Source: an uncultured Porphyromonadaceae bacterium (GTDB lineage Bacteria; Bacteroidota; Bacteroidia; Bacteroidales; Muribaculaceae). From it: a stretch of 64,000 nucleotides of DNA. The stretch spans positions 8,290-72,289 of the forward strand of contig CALDIF010000084.1 in assembly GCA_937901905.1 (NCBI GenBank), given 5' to 3'. The position numbers were made by a program, and so were the translations under genes. Of the stretch, positions 58,387 through 64,000 are shown piece after piece (positions within the stretch are counted from its first letter, which is position 1; each line of letters opens with the position of its first letter). Under the pieces are notes generated by a model. It searched no databases. It had not been told where the DNA came from and saw nothing but the letters and a program-made list of their open reading frames with translations.

Positions 58387-60942
58387 TTGTTTAAAGTCGT
58401 TTGGGATAGGGAATATAATGGAGTTCGTTTGACGATGTCCTCAAAAGGAGATGCGTTGAACGTGTCGCCACGTCCTGTTTTTTGGGAAGAACTAGACCTT
58501 CTCGGATTAAACAAGCTGGGGTGGATATATCCTCATGTTGACGAGCCTCTATTATGGGCATGCGAGAGAAGATATTTTTACAATGGCGACTTTGTTTTAG
58601 AGGTTAAAGGCGGCAATATCTTTGATTCACCCACAGTTATACAGCAGGAAGGTTTCGAATCTCTGATATTGAAACCTGTAGATATGGAACGCCTCCGCTC
58701 AGTCAACGAAGACACTATGTTCATCATTGAGCATGAGGCGATGGACTTTATCAATCAAACCTTTCGACGATATAAGAATATCCACGACGTCTCAAAAAAG
58801 AACCCCAATCTGGATTTCCAGCAATTGGCCACCAATCTTGGAAAGAAAAATAAAGAAGAGCACGTTGTAGTCAAAGAAGACTGTGATTCTTTTGATGTGA
58901 TGCCATTAAGCAAGGCTGAAGAGTTAGGAAAAGCCCCGATTCTAAATAGCGGCATTGAAATTTTCATCGTTTCATTCTCCGGTGGGAAAGATTCTCAAGT
59001 CGTCCTAGACCTTGTTTCCAGAGTTGTTCCTGCAGAAGATTTTATAGTCATATATTCTGATACCGGCTATGAACTGCCGCCTTCATTGAAACTCTACGAT
59101 GAAGTTAAAGAGTATTACTCCGCAAAATATCCGAATCTAAAGTTCTATACAGCTAAGAATCATCAGCCTGTTTTGTATTATTGGGACGAAATCGGAGCAC
59201 CAAGTCGAATTCATCGCTGGTGCTGCAGCATTATGAAATCCGCCCCTCTTACCAGGTTACTCAAAAGCATTGTGGGCAAGGGGAAGCAACCCAATGCATT
59301 ACTTTTTGACGGAGTAAGGGCAGAAGAAAGCCCGAGCCGTTCAACACGTTCAAGGACAGGACAAAACGTAAAACACAACAAAATTATCAATGTGAGTCCA
59401 ATTCTTGAATGGAGCGCAATTGAAATTTACCTGTATCTTCTTTTCAATAATCTTCCAATCAATGAAGCCTACCGCAGAGGTCTCTCTCGTGTGGGTTGTG
59501 TCATTTGTCCATATTCATCTACATGGAGTGAAGAACTTTGTGGGCAATTATATCCAGATACTCTATCTCCTTTTGTTCACAAGATTAGAGAGGGCCTGGA
59601 AAAATCAAAAACCACTGGTGTTGACAACTACATTCGTACCGGTCGGTGGAAAATGCGCGCGGGAGGAAGATATTTACATTGTGAGTCAAATGTGAATTTT
59701 ATGAGTACATCACCAGACTTTCGAGCTGTAATAACAGCTCCGAAGGAGAACCTCTTGATGTGGCTACATGTGTTGGGAGACTTTAATCTGCAGCAAGAAG
59801 AAAGTATTATATACATAGACTTGAGGCATCAAAAGCATATATACAAATGCTCAATACAAGACAAAAGTGAATCTCTGATTTTTGAGGTTAAAGGTATTGA
59901 TCCAAAAGATGTTGTTTTCATTAGCCATCTAAAAAAAGTTGCGTACAAAGCAACGTATTGTGTTCATTGTGAGGTTTGTGAAGTGGAATGTCCTACAGGT
60001 GCCCTTTCTGTAGTTCCAATAGTAAATATTAACAAAAAGAAATGTGTTCACTGCATGAAGTGCTTAGACTTTGATGGCAAAGGTTGCCATGCTGCAAGTT
60101 CGATAAGTACTTCTGACACAAGTATGATGACTAATCCATTAAAAAATATGGCACAGGGTTCTAAATCAGGCATAAACCGCTATAATGACGGTATTGGTAT
60201 GCGTTCTAATTGGGTTGAGAAATTTTTCGATACCTACGAATTTTTCTTTGATAATAATGACCACGGTCTCAATCCTAAATATCAAATACCTCCCTTCATT
60301 AACTGGCTGCGCGAGGCACTTATCCTTGAACAAGATGGGAAAAATATCACAGAAAGTGGCTTGTATATGGCCAAGGCTTTTACTTCTAAACCACAAATTG
60401 TGTGGGAGCTTATTTTCATTGGTCTTTGTGAGAACTCAGAAATATGTTCTTGGTTCCAAAGTACTATTGATTTTAATCGTACATATACACGTGAAGAAAT
60501 GGATATTATCCTACAAGACAGTTATCCGGATTTGAAAGATCGTACTCTGCGCAATCCTTTCAATTCTCTCCTTAACACATTTAAAGAGAGTCCTTTAGGC
60601 TCAACTATTCCCATTGGTGTACTGTCTAAAGAAAAAAACAAAGTTCTTCTGACGCGTCAACCACATTCAGAGATTTCTTTGTGTGCAGTTGCATACTCAC
60701 TCTATCGTTATGCTGAGCGCCAAAAACGCTATTCCCTAGCGGTTTCTGAGTTTTATGATGAGAACCAAAAGGAGGGCATCTACCGCCAATTCGGTCTCAA
60801 TAAGGATACTTTTGAGCGACTTCTCCTTTCACTTCAGGAAGAAAGCAACCATGTCCTTCGCGCTGAATTGAACATGGGCTTGGACAACATCATCCTTCGA
60901 GAGGATCTCAATTCAATTGACATTCTTAAAATGATGCTTTAA
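58387..60942 (+). CDS. PP-loop ATP pyrophosphatase / PAPS-reductase-family protein with a 2x[4Fe-4S] ferredoxin-type insert and a long C-terminal domain (BrxP-like / DndC-related)
   Basis: 851-aa ORF. The PP-loop SFSGGKDS is at 58972-58995, and RWCCSIMK and GCVICPYSS contexts follow. The ferredoxin motifs are CVHCEVCEVECP (59959-59994) and CVHCMKCLDFDGKGC (60043-60087). The start is uncertain, either TTG at 58387 or ATG at 58435. Confidence 0.75.
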   Translation: MFKVVWDREYNGVRLTMSSKGDALNVSPRPVFWEELDLLGLNKLGWIYPHVDEPLLWACERRYFYNGDFVLEVKGGNIFDSPTVIQQEGFESLILKPVDMERLRSVNEDTMFIIEHEAMDFINQTFRRYKNIHDVSKKNPNLDFQQLATNLGKKNKEEHVVVKEDCDSFDVMPLSKAEELGKAPILNSGIEIFIVSFSGGKDSQVVLDLVSRVVPAEDFIVIYSDTGYELPPSLKLYDEVKEYYSAKYPNLKFYTAKNHQPVLYYWDEIGAPSRIHRWCCSIMKSAPLTRLLKSIVGKGKQPNALLFDGVRAEESPSRSTRSRTGQNVKHNKIINVSPILEWSAIEIYLYLLFNNLPINEAYRRGLSRVGCVICPYSSTWSEELCGQLYPDTLSPFVHKIREGLEKSKTTGVDNYIRTGRWKMRAGGRYLHCESNVNFMSTSPDFRAVITAPKENLLMWLHVLGDFNLQQEESIIYIDLRHQKHIYKCSIQDKSESLIFEVKGIDPKDVVFISHLKKVAYKATYCVHCEVCEVECPTGALSVVPIVNINKKKCVHCMKCLDFDGKGCHAASSISTSDTSMMTNPLKNMAQGSKSGINRYNDGIGMRSNWVEKFFDTYEFFFDNNDHGLNPKYQIPPFINWLREALILEQDGKNITESGLYMAKAFTSKPQIVWELIFIGLCENSEICSWFQSTIDFNRTYTREEMDIILQDSYPDLKDRTLRNPFNSLLNTFKESPLGSTIPIGVLSKEKNKVLLTRQPHSEISLCAVAYSLYRYAERQKRYSLAVSEFYDENQKEGIYRQFGLNKDTFERLLLSLQEESNHVLRAELNMGLDNIILREDLNSIDILKMML

Positions 60943-60952
60943 AAACGAAGTA

Positions 60953-63900
60953 ATGGCAACAAAATTTTCCGACTTTATAAAAATTCAGGATTTTCTTCCT
61001 GTGTACGACATGACGGATGAGTCGTCTTCAGTATGGAGTTCATTCATCCCGACCAAACAGTTCTGTGACCTACTACAACGCAGTGTCACAGCATTCACTT
61101 CCGGGGAAATCAGTAAGCGCCGCTCTATGTGGGTGCGTGGCACTTTCGGAACAGGTAAGAGTCATGCCGGCAGTGTTGTTCGCCACCTGCTCTGCGACCC
61201 AATTGAGGACGTTGACGATTATATACAGAACTTGCCCGGCGAAGCACTTCGTGCCCAGCTTACAGCTATCCGCAAGCAAAAGAAGTATTTCCCTGTGGTG
61301 ATGAAAGGAGTTGAAAGCGCCTATAATATTCCGCGCTTCTCCCTTTCAGTTCAGCGAAAAACAAAAGAGGCTCTTGCGGCGGCCGGACATTCCGATATCG
61401 TGGTTCGTTCTGACTTCGACAAAGCAATCCGTTGGGTCGAGAGTCACAAATCGAGGATTGACGAGTTGATAGCTCTCAGCGATGAATTGGCATCAGAGGC
61501 TCCCACTTACGACAAGCTACTAGCTAAATTGAAATCCTTTGACATCGATGTGTTCCTGCATTTGGAGGAAGTTCTCGCTGTTGACGACACCTACTTATCA
61601 AGCGACAACATCAGCGACTGGCTTGTGGAAGTGGGAAAGGAAATAGAGGAAGCAGGTATTGCCAACGGTTTGATTATCTTTTGGGATGAGTTCACCAGTG
61701 TGATGGACACGCTGAAGAGTGACCGAATCAATGTTCTCCAGAACATCGCCGAGAAATCGCAAAACAACAATGTTTTTCTCTATCTTATTTCCCACCGTAC
61801 GGAGAGTGCCAGTCTTGACGCAAAAGGCAAAGACATCACCAAGATGAGCGACCGCTACGATCTTGTGGACTATCAAATGGATGAAATTTCGACCTACTTG
61901 ATTTTGCGACACACCTTCACCATCTCCAATGAGCAAAAATTGGGAATAGAGACCTGGGGAACAAACAATAAAATTGACAAGCACCTCTATGATTATTTGT
62001 GCGAGAGTAATTCTTTGGAGGAAAAAGACCACATCCAAAACCTATTTCCACTTCACCCATACACAGCCTTCCTATGCTCAAAGATGGCGAACATTATGGG
62101 GTCAGCGAACCGAAGTGTGCTTCGATTTATGAATGACGACAAGAACGGTTTCAAGCAGTTTATAGATGAACCGACAAACTATGAGTTGAAGATGATGCTG
62201 ACTGCTGACTGGCTATGGGACTTCTTCTATTCCGAATTTGCCAATGAGCCACTTTGCACAGCATTTACTAATGTTTTCACCTCACACTTGAGTAAGGTGG
62301 AAAAAATGGGTGATGACTATGTCCGTGTTTTCAAAGTCATTCTTTTGCTCAACGCGCTTAGCGTCAAGTTCAAGAGTTCGCCCGCTAAATATGCTCCCAA
62401 TGAAACAAATCTAAAGTTTATCTTCTCGGGCGACCGCTGCGAGGGTAAAATGAAGATAATCTTAAATTGGCTCGACGAAACCAAGATTATCGCTCGTGAC
62501 ATCTTTGGGGAGTTCAAAATATCGGTTTCAGCCTACAACCCTGCAGAAATCACAAAGGAGAAAGCCGCTGTCACTACAACTTTCAAAACCGCTATTGAAT
62601 ACTTGAAATATAACGACAAGTGTCGTCAGGAAATAACGAGGATTTTCCTTGTCGGAGAGCGCCTTATGCGCAAGTGTGAGCCTCAATTCTATGCTTGTGA
62701 GGAGGCTGAAGCTGTACTGCGCAGCAAATTGAATAAGTACACTCGCGAGAAGCCGAACTTTTTGCACGTTGCTATATTCTTCTCGATTACCGATGAAGCA
62801 AGAGACATCATGGAGAATCGCATTAAAGAGTTCTCGGTGGAATTTGAAAACATGATGTTCATCATTCCTACAGAAGTATTTACATCAACTGCACAAACCC
62901 ATTTCATTGATGCCGTTGCACAAGCGAATGTTAGCCGTTCTCACTTCAACACCGACGATGCCGGTCAGTTTGAGAATGCTGCCAAAGAATACGTTGCAAA
63001 GTGGAAGAACCGCATGAATGGAGGAACGTACGTTATGTACTTTAATGGGCAAAGGTCAAGTGATGGTATATTCAGCAACATCTACAATGTCATCAATAAG
63101 AAGTTCAGTCTTCAGATATTCTCTGCCGGAATGGAAAGCGTAAAACCGCTTCATAACGAATCGATGACCTACTTTGCCAACAAGAACTTCAAGGCTCTAT
63201 CATTACAAATCCTTCAGAAAAGGACCCGAGATGAAATGCTTTCTTTTGGAGGTTCTGTTCGTCCGACTAAACATATCTTCATGGAGGGCGAAAACAACCT
63301 TGTAAGCGACACTTGTGAATTAACCGATGTGGCAAAAGCCGGCTCATCGTGGCTTAACAAAATATGTAAAGAAGTTGATTTGCTTATTGAGGCAGCAAAG
63401 AAAAAGTATGCCGATCGCTTTTCATTGAGCGATATCCTTGTCCCTCTTATGCGTCCACCATACGGGTTGTTTGCCAATCCCGCTAATTATGCTGTGCTTG
63501 GTTTTGCTTTGCGCAAACATAAAGAAGATCTATTCAACCCCAGCACTTCTCAACCTGTAGGTGACGAAAAACTCAATGACATGATTGAGATTTTGCTGAA
63601 GATGTGGGATCAAGGCTCAAGCGAAACGAGCAACAAACTATTGCTCCGTTTCGGCTCAATAGAAGAACGCAATCTAACCAGCATTCTCGGTGAGGTGTTT
63701 AACCTCAGCATTGTCAAAGGAGTAACTATGAGCGATTTAAAGAGCTTAAATTACGCCAAATGGAGTATCACAGAGTTCTGTAAGCAAATTGCCAAATACC
63801 CGCTTTGGTCACTCCTATACTGCGATAAAATCAAGGAAAAGGGTAATTGCAAAAAGGCACTAACCGACTTGATTTCACTCTTTAACCAAGACAGTTATTC

Positions 63901-64000
63901 ATTACCTAAGATTAAAGAGTTGCTACATGAGATTAAGAAAGAACAGATTGACCTCTATGTCCTATTTACCAATGAGTCAAACTACAAAAACGGCTTCAAC
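60953..64000 (+). CDS. Large P-loop ATPase, BrxC/PglY-like (DUF499-type), partial; continues beyond the window
   Basis: Absent from the ORF track because there is no stop in the window. My hand translation from the ATG at 60953 gives 1016 codons with no stop. It begins MATKFSDFIKIQDFLPVYDM. It has Walker A RGTFGTGKSH (61139-61165), a Walker-B-like GLIIFWDEF, and LFPLHPYTAFLCSKMANIMG. It starts 10 nt after the upstream gene. Confidence 0.7.
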   Translation, partial: MATKFSDFIKIQDFLPVYDMTDESSSVWSSFIPTKQFCDLLQRSVTAFTSGEISKRRSMWVRGTFGTGKSHAGSVVRHLLCDPIEDVDDYIQNLPGEALRAQLTAIRKQKKYFPVVMKGVESAYNIPRFSLSVQRKTKEALAAAGHSDIVVRSDFDKAIRWVESHKSRIDELIALSDELASEAPTYDKLLAKLKSFDIDVFLHLEEVLAVDDTYLSSDNISDWLVEVGKEIEEAGIANGLIIFWDEFTSVMDTLKSDRINVLQNIAEKSQNNNVFLYLISHRTESASLDAKGKDITKMSDRYDLVDYQMDEISTYLILRHTFTISNEQKLGIETWGTNNKIDKHLYDYLCESNSLEEKDHIQNLFPLHPYTAFLCSKMANIMGSANRSVLRFMNDDKNGFKQFIDEPTNYELKMMLTADWLWDFFYSEFANEPLCTAFTNVFTSHLSKVEKMGDDYVRVFKVILLLNALSVKFKSSPAKYAPNETNLKFIFSGDRCEGKMKIILNWLDETKIIARDIFGEFKISVSAYNPAEITKEKAAVTTTFKTAIEYLKYNDKCRQEITRIFLVGERLMRKCEPQFYACEEAEAVLRSKLNKYTREKPNFLHVAIFFSITDEARDIMENRIKEFSVEFENMMFIIPTEVFTSTAQTHFIDAVAQANVSRSHFNTDDAGQFENAAKEYVAKWKNRMNGGTYVMYFNGQRSSDGIFSNIYNVINKKFSLQIFSAGMESVKPLHNESMTYFANKNFKALSLQILQKRTRDEMLSFGGSVRPTKHIFMEGENNLVSDTCELTDVAKAGSSWLNKICKEVDLLIEAAKKKYADRFSLSDILVPLMRPPYGLFANPANYAVLGFALRKHKEDLFNPSTSQPVGDEKLNDMIEILLKMWDQGSSETSNKLLLRFGSIEERNLTSILGEVFNLSIVKGVTMSDLKSLNYAKWSITEFCKQIAKYPLWSLLYCDKIKEKGNCKKALTDLISLFNQDSYSLPKIKELLHEIKKEQIDLYVLFTNESNYKNGFN

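Overview
Bacteroidales-type chromosomal segment. The taxon is inferred from many TAnnTTTG -7 boxes just upstream of starts, a TamB/TamL-like pair, a T9SS C-terminal sorting domain and a FeoA-FeoB fusion. Positions 1 to about 55.5 kb are mostly housekeeping and envelope genes. They include tamL/tamB, corA, glsA, cysE-cysK, a Wza-like exporter, pepC, an OmpA lipoprotein, class 3 FBPase, a phosphosugar mutase, mtnN, marC and lon. They also include two GH13 amylases, a same-strand chaperone run (clpC-like, htpG, yraN, groES, groEL), a FecBCD/Btu-type ABC importer, a HerA-like ATPase, feoAB, and a dTDP-amino-sugar cluster with an MBOAT acyltransferase. I saw no rRNA, tRNA or CRISPR array. Two accessory patches stand out. 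(1) At 5.2-6.9 kb there is a PIN-toxin remnant, a four-helix-bundle/zinc-ribbon gene, an 8-bp tandem repeat and a 150-bp element bounded by a perfect 20-bp inverted repeat. (2) From about 55.6 kb to the window end the DNA is visibly AT-richer. It holds a decayed AAA-ATPase pseudogene, a membrane protein with a DnaJ-type zinc finger, and a roughly 730-bp non-coding region with a promoter box, a perfect 36-bp palindrome and a densely self-complementary leader. After that come an 851-aa PP-loop/PAPS-reductase protein with two ferredoxin-type Cys motifs and a >1016-aa BrxC/PglY-like P-loop ATPase that runs off the window. The ATPase is absent from the supplied ORF track because it has no stop in the window. 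I read this pair as the 5' half of a BREX type 4-like (brxP-brxC-...) or otherwise PAPS-reductase-based DNA-modification defence locus. It is the best candidate for the interesting system. A second notable item is a roughly 1140-aa T9SS-secreted amylase with four tandem starch-binding-like modules, interrupted by one in-frame TAG.
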